Notes under the pieces: generated by a model
The model's database searches: none
Told to the model about the DNA's origin: nothing
The model's input: the letters and a program-made list of their open reading frames with translations, nothing else
Shown: in pieces, positions 32,370 through 42,600 of the stretch
Position numbering within the stretch: position 1 is the first letter of the stretch
Layout: each line of letters opens with the position of its first letter
Position numbers and translations under genes: made by a program
DNA from: Promethearchaeota archaeon
Lineage (GTDB): Archaea > Asgardarchaeota > Lokiarchaeia > Sigyniarchaeales > SOKP01
NCBI GenBank assembly: GCA_016840085.1
Contig: JAEOTA010000012.1
Location: 64,001 to 128,000 of the forward strand
DNA length: 64,000 nucleotides
Direction: 5' to 3'

Positions 32370-33932
32370 ATGTCAAAAAAAATGCTCTACTTTTGTAGAG
32401 AGTGTGGATATGAATTCCCTACGGAACTATCTAATTTAATTGACCAAAAAATTCAAGTGTATTGTGAAAGATGTGGTTCTCCTTTTGTTTTAGAGGGTGT
32501 GTACTTTAGACCAGCAACACCCTATGCTACCCAAAAGGTAAAACCATCTTATATATTATCTAAAAAGGAAACTTCTGGTTTAGATAGGTTTATACAATTT
32601 TTAAATAAAATTTCATTCATTCCTATTTTTATTTTTACAATTATTTCGTTTGGACTAATTGCTGAAATTGCAATTAACCCAGAAAATTGGTTTTTTGTTC
32701 TAACTAACCGATTTTTACAAGGATTAATAGGTTTAGTGCTTTTGATATATGATAGAGCATATATAGCTCCTAAGGTAAAAGAAAAAAAATATAATGAAAT
32801 ATTTTTGGATTCATTTTGCTGGGGTATATTAGGCTGCATTTTATACGGTACTGGAGTAATCATCTTAATAAGAGGAATTTTTATTATTTTCTATGTAATT
32901 AGCGCCTCTGAAAATAAAGATTTACGTTCCTATGATTATGGATTGCTGGCAAAAAACTCAATAAATTACTTTTCTGCTAAAGCAGGCTTTTTAATAATTT
33001 TATTTGCAATTTATAGAGCCATTTCAGATAGGATTTATATAGATATCGATTTTTATGGTTATTTTCCTTTTATCGGGTTTCCAGAGATAGTAATAGTTTT
33101 TATTGTTTTATTTTGGATTTCAGTGATAGCATTGCTTATTGATAACAAGGTAAAAGATAAGATTAAAGAGAAACGCGAATTTGAATTAAATGACTCAATT
33201 AAAATATTTTTCCTCGGAATCCTGGGCACATTGTTTTATGCTGCTGGAATCTTCGTGTTGTTAAAAGGAATTCTATTGTTTTTCCTAATTCACGGGAAGC
33301 CCTCAGAACCAATCCAAATTGAAATAGTAGAAGAAAAACCCACATATGTCCCTCCTGTATATGAACAACGTAGGGAAATGGCTCCTCAACCAGAAGAACT
33401 CGAAATGAAAGAAATCGATAAACCAATCATAAGTCAAGCACCAATAGAGGAAAGAACTAAACCAGAAATAGATAAAGTACCAATAAAAGAATTGAAAGGA
33501 AAAGAGAAAAGAGAAGTAATAGAAAAGAAAAGAGAAGATGAAAGAGAAGAAGTAGATTATAAATTAAAATTACATGAATCACTGTTACCTGTAAAAGATG
33601 AAAAGGATAAGAAATTAGTCAAACAATATTTTACTAAAATTTTTGCTCTCTTATCAAAAGATTTGAGGACACAAATTCTTGATCTTAAAATTCCTAAAAA
33701 AGAAAGAAAGGAACTGCTAGAAGAGCTTGCCTTTTTAACTAAAGAAGAGCAAACTAAGTATGTAGAAGCATTAGTAAATTTATATAGAGAAATCCCTAAG
33801 AAACTTATAGCAAGAATCCGGAAACTTTCAAATGTTAAACCAGAGCACTATTCTAAGATAATAGATCAACTGAAATATATGGATTATGAAGAACAAATCC
33901 AATTTGTACAATTTTTAGAGGAAAACGCCTAA
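32370..33932 (+). CDS. Zinc-ribbon membrane protein with charged C-terminal domain
   Basis: CRECG...CERCG; duplicated GILGxxxYxxG TM module. Confidence 0.72.
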   Translation: MSKKMLYFCRECGYEFPTELSNLIDQKIQVYCERCGSPFVLEGVYFRPATPYATQKVKPSYILSKKETSGLDRFIQFLNKISFIPIFIFTIISFGLIAEIAINPENWFFVLTNRFLQGLIGLVLLIYDRAYIAPKVKEKKYNEIFLDSFCWGILGCILYGTGVIILIRGIFIIFYVISASENKDLRSYDYGLLAKNSINYFSAKAGFLIILFAIYRAISDRIYIDIDFYGYFPFIGFPEIVIVFIVLFWISVIALLIDNKVKDKIKEKREFELNDSIKIFFLGILGTLFYAAGIFVLLKGILLFFLIHGKPSEPIQIEIVEEKPTYVPPVYEQRREMAPQPEELEMKEIDKPIISQAPIEERTKPEIDKVPIKELKGKEKREVIEKKREDEREEVDYKLKLHESLLPVKDEKDKKLVKQYFTKIFALLSKDLRTQILDLKIPKKERKELLEELAFLTKEEQTKYVEALVNLYREIPKKLIARIRKLSNVKPEHYSKIIDQLKYMDYEEQIQFVQFLEENA

Positions 33933-33934
33933 AA

Positions 33935-34828
33935 ATGTCACTTGAAAGAAGAAGAGAAGTTAAAAAAACAAAAGAAAAAGAGATTTTAGAAGATAGTTCA
34001 TTTAGGCGTGAAGATTTTAGACCATTACAAGAATTTAAAGAAGTAGAAGAAAAAGAGATAAAAGAAGAAAAAGTAATCGAGGAATTAACCGAAATTGAAA
34101 AGGACGTTCTAGATGTTGCTAAAGATATTTTAAAATTAAAACGTTATGATGCTGAATTTGAGATTGAATCACAAAGTCAAATACAAAAATATCCAATAAT
34201 CGAAAAACTCTATGCTAAATGCAGAGCGAAACTTTCTTATAGAAAAGGATATAGTAAGGAAGAAATCTTTCTTGCGATTAGAACTTTAGAGGAAAAATCA
34301 TATATTGTCACGAATGAGAGGAGAACTAAATTAGAAATACTTTCTAATGAAAAACTTATGAAGATTTTAAATTTCATTAAAGAAAATCCTGGAATCCATG
34401 CAAGAGATGAAAAAATTACGACTGAATTAGAAATAACCAGAACCCCATTTTTAAAACATGTAATGACTCTAGAACGCTTTGATCTTATTAGATCTAAGAA
34501 AATTGGTAAATCTCTTCATTATTTTTTAAGTGAAGTACCAGAAGATTATGACAAATTTAAGGTCATTTTTCTAAATCCCTTGATTCCTCAAATCTTAGAA
34601 GAATTTTTTAAAGATAAATCAATAAAAATTTCAGAAATTGGAAATACTCTTGAAATTTATTCTGGGACAATTTTATATCATGTTAAGAAATTAAAAGAAC
34701 TAAATATAGTCAAATCCACTAAAAATCAATCAAATAAGAAAATTCATCTTGTGAATGTTGAGCTATTAAAAAAATATAATGATTATTTTAAAGAACCGGA
34801 TTTCTCTAAACTTCTAAAAGGTTTATAA
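33935..34828 (+). CDS. Tandem winged-HTH transcription regulator
   Basis: ILNFIKENPGIH...LERFDLI and ISEIG...ILYHVKKLKELNIV. Confidence 0.78.
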   Translation: MSLERRREVKKTKEKEILEDSSFRREDFRPLQEFKEVEEKEIKEEKVIEELTEIEKDVLDVAKDILKLKRYDAEFEIESQSQIQKYPIIEKLYAKCRAKLSYRKGYSKEEIFLAIRTLEEKSYIVTNERRTKLEILSNEKLMKILNFIKENPGIHARDEKITTELEITRTPFLKHVMTLERFDLIRSKKIGKSLHYFLSEVPEDYDKFKVIFLNPLIPQILEEFFKDKSIKISEIGNTLEIYSGTILYHVKKLKELNIVKSTKNQSNKKIHLVNVELLKKYNDYFKEPDFSKLLKGL

Positions 34829-35388
34829 TCTAATGAAGATTTCTTAGGGTTGATATCTGGCTTAAGAGAAATAATAATCAATTATTTCTTGATTTAATAT
34901 ATTCATAGATAAATTTAATCAACAATAGTTTTTCCAAATAAAAACTAAAAACAAACTATATATCTTCTACAAAATAGATCCAGAAATCCTTACCTTTTTG
35001 CTTTTTCAGGATTAAAAAATTTATTTTCAATTAAAAAAGAGGAAATTGTTATACAGTAAGAACTGCCTGCACTTGCTGAAGATGCTTTAAACGGATAATA
35101 ATTTTTTTAATATTTTAAGAATTGTTACATCTCAGTTTTACTTTTAGCTAAAAGGTCGTGTTCTAGGCTATTTTCAACAATATAAATATCATATTCATTA
35201 TCATTGTCAATATATTTGTTTTTAAAAATTTAAGGAGGTACATTAATATAATTACCAGAGGTGCTATAGATTCATTTATGTCGATAAACTATCCATCTAT
35301 CCTTTAATTGCTTGGTCAATTTTAGAAATTAATTCTATTTCCTTATATCATCATTATTCATCCATGATTTTCTTCGAAATTTTTTATA

Positions 35389-35438
35389 TTTTTTAATCTT
35401 CTAAATAACTTTTGCTCATTAGGACGTAAAAGTCTACC
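35389..35438. repeat. 50-bp direct repeat, copy 1 (fragment of TFB-like coding sequence; att-like)
   Basis: 47/50 identical to 42296..42345; immediately followed by a tandem duplication of agtctacc. Confidence 0.9.
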
Positions 35439-35769
35439 AGTCTACCAGCTTTACTCACATTCCCTTTTATAGGTCTCACACCGACTGTAATTTCAATGGC
35501 AGGTAAAATCCCAAATTATATTCATGAAATTTTGCGTAGTCTAGGAATAATTTCTGAACCATTATCTTTAGATACCAATGTTTACAAACCAATTTAAATA
35601 TTAAATCTCACTTTTTTTATGTTCAAATCTCTCACTACTGGATTTTGCATTTACCCTATTTTTTTTGTATAAATAGATCTACCATATTTATTGTCTAAAA
35701 ACATAATTTAAGGCATTTTTTAAATTTAGGTAATAAAATTTTTTGAGTCTAAACATAGACAAGATAGAT

Positions 35770-37164
35770 TCACACCTTCAATGTAGTGTTATCCCTTGCT
35801 AAACCTAAAAAATAATTCCGTACGCCTTCTTTCTTGGATTTTGACATACCGCATTTTCTCAATGATAAAGGGATTATCTGTTTTATAAACCGTTTGACCG
35901 TGTCGGGAGCGACTCCCAATACTTTTGTTGCTTTTTCTTGAGAATAGGAGTCAATTCCGATATATAAAATAAAAGATAGTACAACCTTCTCTCGACGGGT
36001 AACACAAAGTAGGGCCATTCTTTTACAAACCCCCTTGATCAATTCATGAAGGATATCAGTGTTCTCTTTAATTTCTTTTATATATATGAATCGCTTTAAT
36101 AACTGAGTTATAGGGTCATAGACCATTAATATACACGCCTTCTTGGTTGTTAATCCTTGGTCTGTCTGTTTAATTCTTTTAAGCTTTTCTTTTCTACCAG
36201 CTAAGATAGGATTACCATACTTCTTTTCTCCTTTTATTGATAAATTGATCCCAAAATAGATTCTTAATCCCTTACTTCTGCCTGATTGATTTGTCGTGAC
36301 GCCAAGTCTATGTAAGTAATTTGTTAATTTTGCTTTGGTGATAGCTTTAAATCCTTTTTCCTTAAGATATATGTTTACTGCCTGTAATAATCCTTTTTGA
36401 GTAATCATTTTCTCTTCGCTTAAAATACATAACCTTTCTATGAATTTTCTTATGTTCACATCAGTTTTATCTCTTTCAATGAAGACCTCTAAATATTGAG
36501 AATCTCTCCCCGTCCAAGTAAGGAAATTTTTAAGACGGTATAAATATGTTTGTCGTGTTAACATTTTTAGTTTTTTAAAGCTCTTAGAATCAATCCAAGA
36601 TAAGACTCTTGATTTATTAAAATCTAAATCCCATTTAGAAAATTCTCCATATGATATTAGTGGCCTGTGATAACCAAATTTCCCTTTAACTTTTGAATGT
36701 TCCTCAAAAACATTACGAACATTTTGGAAAAATTTTAAAAAAGACTCTGAATCTTCCACTTCTCTCTTTTTGCCCACGATATATTTAGGGATAGCTATAT
36801 TTTTTCCCAGCCATTTAGCAAAGCTGTAAATCCTGGTTCTATAACTCTTTTGTGTCTTCTCACTTAGATTTTGAAATTCTATTGAGCTAAATCCTTTAAT
36901 CATATCATTTTCTGAAAAATCTATTCTCCAGTTGATACATCTCCCAAATTTAATTAAGGCTGATTTCCAAGTTGATCTTGATCGGTTGGAAGTAGTGATA
37001 TTTTGATCTAAAAAGGTATTTGTTTTCTTAAGATATAAAATCTTTGCCTTTTTGGAGTCTTCCTTATTGGTTTTCTTATTGAGAATTGCTTCTTCTTCCT
37101 TAATGAATTTAATATTTGATCTTTTATGATTTATTTTATTAATTCCCATTTTATCACCGTTCAT
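35770..37164 (-). CDS. Chimeric DNA-binding protein: two integrase core-binding-like domains, a primase-C-like wHTH and a TFB-like HTH
   Basis: LSEKTQKSYRTRIYSFAKWL and TRQTYLYRLKNFLTW; IRKFIERLC...GLRIYFGINL; ILYIG...SQEKATKVLGVAPDTVKR. Confidence 0.5.
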   Translation of the reverse strand: MNGDKMGINKINHKRSNIKFIKEEEAILNKKTNKEDSKKAKILYLKKTNTFLDQNITTSNRSRSTWKSALIKFGRCINWRIDFSENDMIKGFSSIEFQNLSEKTQKSYRTRIYSFAKWLGKNIAIPKYIVGKKREVEDSESFLKFFQNVRNVFEEHSKVKGKFGYHRPLISYGEFSKWDLDFNKSRVLSWIDSKSFKKLKMLTRQTYLYRLKNFLTWTGRDSQYLEVFIERDKTDVNIRKFIERLCILSEEKMITQKGLLQAVNIYLKEKGFKAITKAKLTNYLHRLGVTTNQSGRSKGLRIYFGINLSIKGEKKYGNPILAGRKEKLKRIKQTDQGLTTKKACILMVYDPITQLLKRFIYIKEIKENTDILHELIKGVCKRMALLCVTRREKVVLSFILYIGIDSYSQEKATKVLGVAPDTVKRFIKQIIPLSLRKCGMSKSKKEGVRNYFLGLARDNTTLKV

Positions 37165-37466
37165 TTATTTATTTTTAAATATAAATACCCCCAAATTTTT
37201 ATCTCAATTTCGGGAAACTAAAATCCTTGTAAAAATAATAAACTATACCTTCTAATGACATCTAGAACATAGGAGAAATAGAGGTGAGTGAAAGTATAAT
37301 TAGAAAATGGGAAGAATGAGATATACTAAATTGACTCAAAAAATTAAATCTTAAAGAGAGAGAAAATATAGGCAAGATTGTATTAAATAATTAACTTTTT
37401 TTTATGGACCCCAATAATATCTAGTTACTTTAGTTTTATAAAGCGTATCATTCCATTTCAAAATTC

Positions 37467-38939
37467 TTAACATAAAAATCCCTTAGACAATCCTTTCATT
37501 TTCTTATAACTTTTCATAATAAATATTATCCGTAATGGATTTAAAATAAATAGAAAACCTCTTTTTCTAATAATTCTCTTTAAAATCCCCCTAATTTTAT
37601 TTTTCAGCTTAATATTTTTGAAAGAATAAGTAATGAGATCATGTATTTGCTTCAAAGTTAATTGATAAGTTTTTGTGACGGGATGTAGAAAATCATAGTT
37701 AGACCAATCTTTAGATACAATTAATCCTTTCTCATCTAACTCATTATATATTTCTGTTCCTAGAAATGGTGAAAGTGAAAGCACATTTATAAGATCAATT
37801 TCAGTTTTATTAATAAATCTTATATCCTTCCGAATCATCTCTCCAGTTGCGTTTAAATCCAATCCAATTATTAGTGAACCAAATACAATTATGTCATTAG
37901 CATGTAATATCTTAACAGCTTCCATTATTTTATCGAAAGAAACTTTTTTATTAATATCTTTTAAAGTATCTTCATTTACACTTTCAATACCTATAAACAC
38001 AACCCAGAATCCCGCCTTACTCATCTTCTCAACCATTTTAGGAGATTTTACAATATCATCCGCTCTTAATTGTGTGAAGAATTTAAAATCTCTTATTTCA
38101 TTCTTCTTTTTACAATCAATTATTCTCTCACATAATTTCTCGATTCTTTCCGAATTTATTGCAAAATTATCATCGGTAATATAGATATCTGTAATTTTTC
38201 CATTATGAGAGATCCTTTTTAATTCATTTATTACATTATCTATCTTTCTGGCTCTCCATATTTTATTAAAAAAAGGTGATGTAGAACAAAAATTACAAGA
38301 AAAGGGGCATCCTCTTGAAGTTTCTATGGCATCTAATGATAATCCAAATAATTTATATTTATTTTTTCTAACGAGAGTTCTAGCAGGTAATCTAATATTA
38401 GCAAAATCTTCTTTTCTCATTAATGAGCGATCTGGATTATGAATAATTTCTCCATTTTTTCTATAAGAAATTCCATTTATATTTTCTGGTTTTCCCTTTA
38501 CAATTAATTCTCGGAATGTTAATTCACCCTCTCCTCTAATAATATAATCAATACAATTCAAATTTAATGTATCTTCCGCAACAAAGGTGGGATGCCTCCC
38601 ACCTAATACAACTTTGCAATCAGTATTAATTTCCTTCACCATTTTTGCAATATCTATACAACAATTAATTGCTGAAGACACAAAAACACTAATCCCAACA
38701 ATATTCGGATTAAATTTCTCTATTTTTCTTTTTAATCGAGAATAAGTTAAATTTTCAGCTCTCGCATCAAAAATCTTTAATTCAATACCAAGATCAATTA
38801 TATATGATGCTATATACATTAAATTTAAAGGCGGAAAGACGACTTTAAGATATACCCAACCATTTGATGTATAATTTGGATTGATTAATAAAACTCTATT
38901 CCATCTATATTTCTCTATTATCTTTTCATTAATCTGCAT
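37467..38939 (-). CDS. B12-binding domain radical SAM protein
   Basis: VLLINP, PPLNLMYIAS, VLGGRHPT, GEGE, ETSRGCPFSCNFC. Confidence 0.93.
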   Translation of the reverse strand: MQINEKIIEKYRWNRVLLINPNYTSNGWVYLKVVFPPLNLMYIASYIIDLGIELKIFDARAENLTYSRLKRKIEKFNPNIVGISVFVSSAINCCIDIAKMVKEINTDCKVVLGGRHPTFVAEDTLNLNCIDYIIRGEGELTFRELIVKGKPENINGISYRKNGEIIHNPDRSLMRKEDFANIRLPARTLVRKNKYKLFGLSLDAIETSRGCPFSCNFCSTSPFFNKIWRARKIDNVINELKRISHNGKITDIYITDDNFAINSERIEKLCERIIDCKKKNEIRDFKFFTQLRADDIVKSPKMVEKMSKAGFWVVFIGIESVNEDTLKDINKKVSFDKIMEAVKILHANDIIVFGSLIIGLDLNATGEMIRKDIRFINKTEIDLINVLSLSPFLGTEIYNELDEKGLIVSKDWSNYDFLHPVTKTYQLTLKQIHDLITYSFKNIKLKNKIRGILKRIIRKRGFLFILNPLRIIFIMKSYKKMKGLSKGFLC

Positions 38940-39218
38940 TATCCTTAATAATAATTTTTATTATTTTGAGTTAGCAACACATACTTTATTCTAGTTTTAT
39001 CAAAACAATCCTTACAATCCTTACTGCAACCATCACACTCCTTCCTCTTAGGTAGCTAAATATAAAGTTTTATAGTATTGCTTTCATCATCATTATAGGT
39101 TATGAATTATTAATCTATGTTTCAATCTTATGTGCTCCGGGCATGGGTGACCAACGGTGGCTAGATAGGTAAAAATTTAAGATTCAAGGATAACAAGACT
39201 ATACAAATTCCGAATTAT

Positions 39219-40688
39219 CTAAAACCTTGATTGAAATGTTTCAATTTCCCAAGATTTAGATTTTTCATCTCGAGTAGCGCATAGAATTTTTTTACCGTCA
39301 GTACGAACATTTACTAATCCATATATTATTCCTCCTGCAATTTGGGTTCTATCAAAGCTCTTCTTTCTAAGTTTTCGCTTTAGTTTAAAATATATTTCTG
39401 GATTATCCTTTGATTTTAGGGTAATATCAATCTTATTTCCATCGACTTCATAATTTTTTTTCAAAATTTTATGCAACATACTTAGATTAATACTTCGCGA
39501 GATTTCTGTCGAATATAACAAGGGAGTAACGATTTTATCTCTCTTAATGATTTTATATCCAGATAAAGCGCTAGCAGAGAGAACACTGGGACGCGGGTGG
39601 CCATAGGATTCATTATCACCAGAAGATATCACTGTCATTCCAGCATTTATTCTTGAAAGAAATTCAAAAGAGTAGTCTTCACTTCCGTGATGACATGCTT
39701 TGGCTATATCACATGAAAATTCTTGTAATTGGTCTCTATAATGGTTCAAATACCGTTTTTGACTCCTTTTATTCAAGTCTCCTGTTAGCAAAATTCTAAC
39801 ACTGCCATAATCCAATCTAAGGAGAATACTATGACCATTGCTATCTTGACTTGTGGATCCAAATGAAAAAAAAGCAGGTGTACTATCTACTTTGGTTTCA
39901 ATTGGACCTAAAACTTTCAATGATGCTTTTCCATCACATGGTTCAAAATCTGGAATATATCCTGATTTATTGGTAAGACGTTTGATAGGATTGTTATTTA
40001 GTTTTTTAATAACATCATTCATGAATTCTGCCCATGGACCATATAATTTACTTTCATTAACTCCATTCAGAGCCTTTTCAATGCTTTCCTTATCATCCAA
40101 TAACTGTACTAAATAATTTAAATTTTGTTTCTTTACTTTTTTTCCAAGTGTTTTATCCCCCTGAGAAATTACCCATCGCCCTAATCCTGCATGATAAAAA
40201 GCTTTAATTTCAATATTGTCCCATAGAATATCTAATTCTTCTTGTTCCTCTTTATTTATTAAATCCCATAACCCTCCGTAATGATCTTCATCACAATGTG
40301 ATACAATCATTGCATCAATTACCATTTTTTCTAAACCATAATCTTTGTTAAATTTCCAATCTACGAAATCTGCCGTATTTTTTCCTGTAATCTGTTTACT
40401 TCTTCTGTTTCCTCCATCAATCATTACATGTCGACCATCAGGCATTCGTATTAATATTCCATCTCCTTGCCCGACATCTATAAAATATAGTTCAAGAAGC
40501 GGTGTATCCCCAAGAACTGTAGGATTTACATATCCTTCTTCCCCTCTGCCTTTAACTAAGGTTTTCTGTGAATCAGTAGCATCTACTACTTCCACTTCAT
40601 CTCCCCAAAGAAAATAAAGAATAGTTTTACCTTGTTCATCAACTAACTTGGTTGTATCTACATTAATATATTTTTTTGTCATTTTCAA
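39219..40688 (-). CDS. ComEC/Rec2-type metallo-beta-lactamase-fold hydrolase (soluble, possible SH3-like N-terminus)
   Basis: DVGQGD, SHCDEDHYGG, LLTGD, KACHHGS, YGHP; no membrane domain. Confidence 0.85.
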   Translation of the reverse strand: MKMTKKYINVDTTKLVDEQGKTILYFLWGDEVEVVDATDSQKTLVKGRGEEGYVNPTVLGDTPLLELYFIDVGQGDGILIRMPDGRHVMIDGGNRRSKQITGKNTADFVDWKFNKDYGLEKMVIDAMIVSHCDEDHYGGLWDLINKEEQEELDILWDNIEIKAFYHAGLGRWVISQGDKTLGKKVKKQNLNYLVQLLDDKESIEKALNGVNESKLYGPWAEFMNDVIKKLNNNPIKRLTNKSGYIPDFEPCDGKASLKVLGPIETKVDSTPAFFSFGSTSQDSNGHSILLRLDYGSVRILLTGDLNKRSQKRYLNHYRDQLQEFSCDIAKACHHGSEDYSFEFLSRINAGMTVISSGDNESYGHPRPSVLSASALSGYKIIKRDKIVTPLLYSTEISRSINLSMLHKILKKNYEVDGNKIDITLKSKDNPEIYFKLKRKLRKKSFDRTQIAGGIIYGLVNVRTDGKKILCATRDEKSKSWEIETFQSRF

Positions 40689-41592
40689 ACCCCAACTTAT
40701 TTAATAATTCAATATTGGATTTTTAGTAGCTGAGGTATGAGGATGAAAGGATCCAATATTTAGTTTTTGATCTTAGATCTTTAATAGAGTTTTAGACCAT
40801 TTTTAGACTTTAATGTAAAAAATATTACACAATGATATCCTTTTTGACGTGTTTTTGCGTTTTCCTGGCACAAGGCTATAATATAATTCCAACTTTAATA
40901 TTTATTTTTTTAAGAGTAGATTTCGGGATGATTATCCTTGTGAAAAACTTAATAATCCTGAAAAGCTATTTCAGAAAATTAAAGAAATAAATAATTGGTT
41001 TAACTAGCAAGATTAATCCATTAGACTTTTTAAGATACTATAAAATAATCTTTAATTGGTTTAGCGACAACAGACCTCCTAATAATAAGCTATCATACTA
41101 AATCATCTCAACTTATAATAGGGAATGGAATATTTAATGATAGTAAAGTACGTATACCTAAGTTAATTCTCAGAGATCGGTTATTCAATTGGGTCAAAAG
41201 AATCAGTTTTAAATTAAAAGAAGTGCTGGCTTCTTTATATTCAATAATATAGAAATCATCGTAGAATACCTTTTTAAAGAAAAGAATATAAAAAAAGTAG
41301 CAATAATAGAATGGGATTGACACCATGGCACCTTTATTTAAAAAATATGAAGGTTTTTTCCAATTAATTGAATTCTTATGAAATTTCTGTTGAGCAAAAA
41401 TTAGATAATCTTATCGATAACCTTAGAAAGGAAAAGAACTCTTCAAAAATGATAGAAGTTAATGAGAAAGCAACCACAATGATTATAAATATATTCCTGT
41501 CTCACATAATTTTTTATTTATAGATTCTATCATGGTGTTGTATACAACTTCACTTTCATGTAATAGTTCCTCATCTACGTTATTGATTGTAT

Positions 41593-42504
41593 CTATCTTA
41601 TTGATTGTTTAAAAATAGGTTTTAAAACATTAACATAATGGTCTCTTATAGAATATTCAGCGATATTAGTAGCTTCAGAAATAATCCATTGAGCTAAGAC
41701 AGGCTTCTGAAAATATTTTTTAGCCAATAGTTTGTCTGCTAAATAAATTATCCCCCCTGTTAAAATAAAGGGATTTCTACCTCCACGCTGTTTCATAGGT
41801 AACTTTTTTAATATTTCACGACACTGTATAGTCAACTTATTTTGAAATTCTCCTTTTGACCAAAGTACATTTTTCTTTTTTAATCTCTCTTCCAAATCTT
41901 TATGATTTATGACTTGATTAATTAATCTCATGAGATAATCTTCACTTTTATGAGGGAAATTCTCATCTTTAATATGATGTTTATATTCTATTCCATCTCT
42001 TAAGATTAATCTCGGATTAACTCGATGACCATAGTTTTGAAAAGCCTCAGAGATCTCCTTTATTGTAATAGGTGCATTATGATATTCTTTCCTCGCAGCA
42101 TAAAATATACAAAACCCTATTAATGAGATATTATTTACAACCTTAACCTCATTTTTGATTATTTTCCTGTAATAATACGCTGCGTTGTTTCTAATATTTT
42201 TATTGAGATTTAGATATGACGAAATTTTATTTAAAATATTAAAAATTCTGTATTCTGTTTCATGATTTTTAAGCCTTAATAATAGGTCATAATTTTTTTT
42301 TAATCTTCTAAATAATTTTTGTTCATTCGGACGTAAAAGTCTACCGGTTTTATCTTTTAAAAACTTAGTATTTCCATAATCTATATATGAACCTAATCCT
42401 CCAATAAAATCAGTACGCTCCCCTAAAGCTATATATTGTTTGCTTAAATTTCTTTCATTATTCTTATTATTTTCAGTATAAACAAAAGATGATTCTTTAT
42501 AAAA
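41593..42504 (-). pseudogene. 5'-truncated TFB-like paralog (zinc ribbon and start codon missing)
   Basis: The frame of ORF 41593..41931 stays open to 42504 (303 codons). It includes LKDKTGRLLRPNEQKLFRRLKK, cyclin repeat 1 (ISSYLNL...AAYYYRKI...ITIKEIS) and repeat 2 (GRNPFILTGGIIYLA...ISEATNIAEYSIRD). In-frame stop at 42505-42507. Confidence 0.85.
42296..42345. repeat. 50-bp direct repeat, copy 2 (inside the TFB-like gene)
   Basis: ttttttaatcttctaaataatttttgttcattcggacgtaaaagtctacc. Confidence 0.9.
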
Positions 42505-42600
42505 TTATATTGAACCTATTGATTTGAATCTCTGTATAACTTGTAGGAAAGAAAGAAAACAAGATATTATTAAAAAGTTTAAAAGCTTATTACCTTCGGA

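Noticed and set aside
35770-37164. Active tyrosine integrase
   Set aside because: Only core-binding-like segments are visible; there is no catalytic R-HxxR-H/W-Y domain.
40700-41590. ORF 41108..41326 and short plus-strand frames
   Set aside because: Fragmented frames with no recognisable family; probably decayed sequence.
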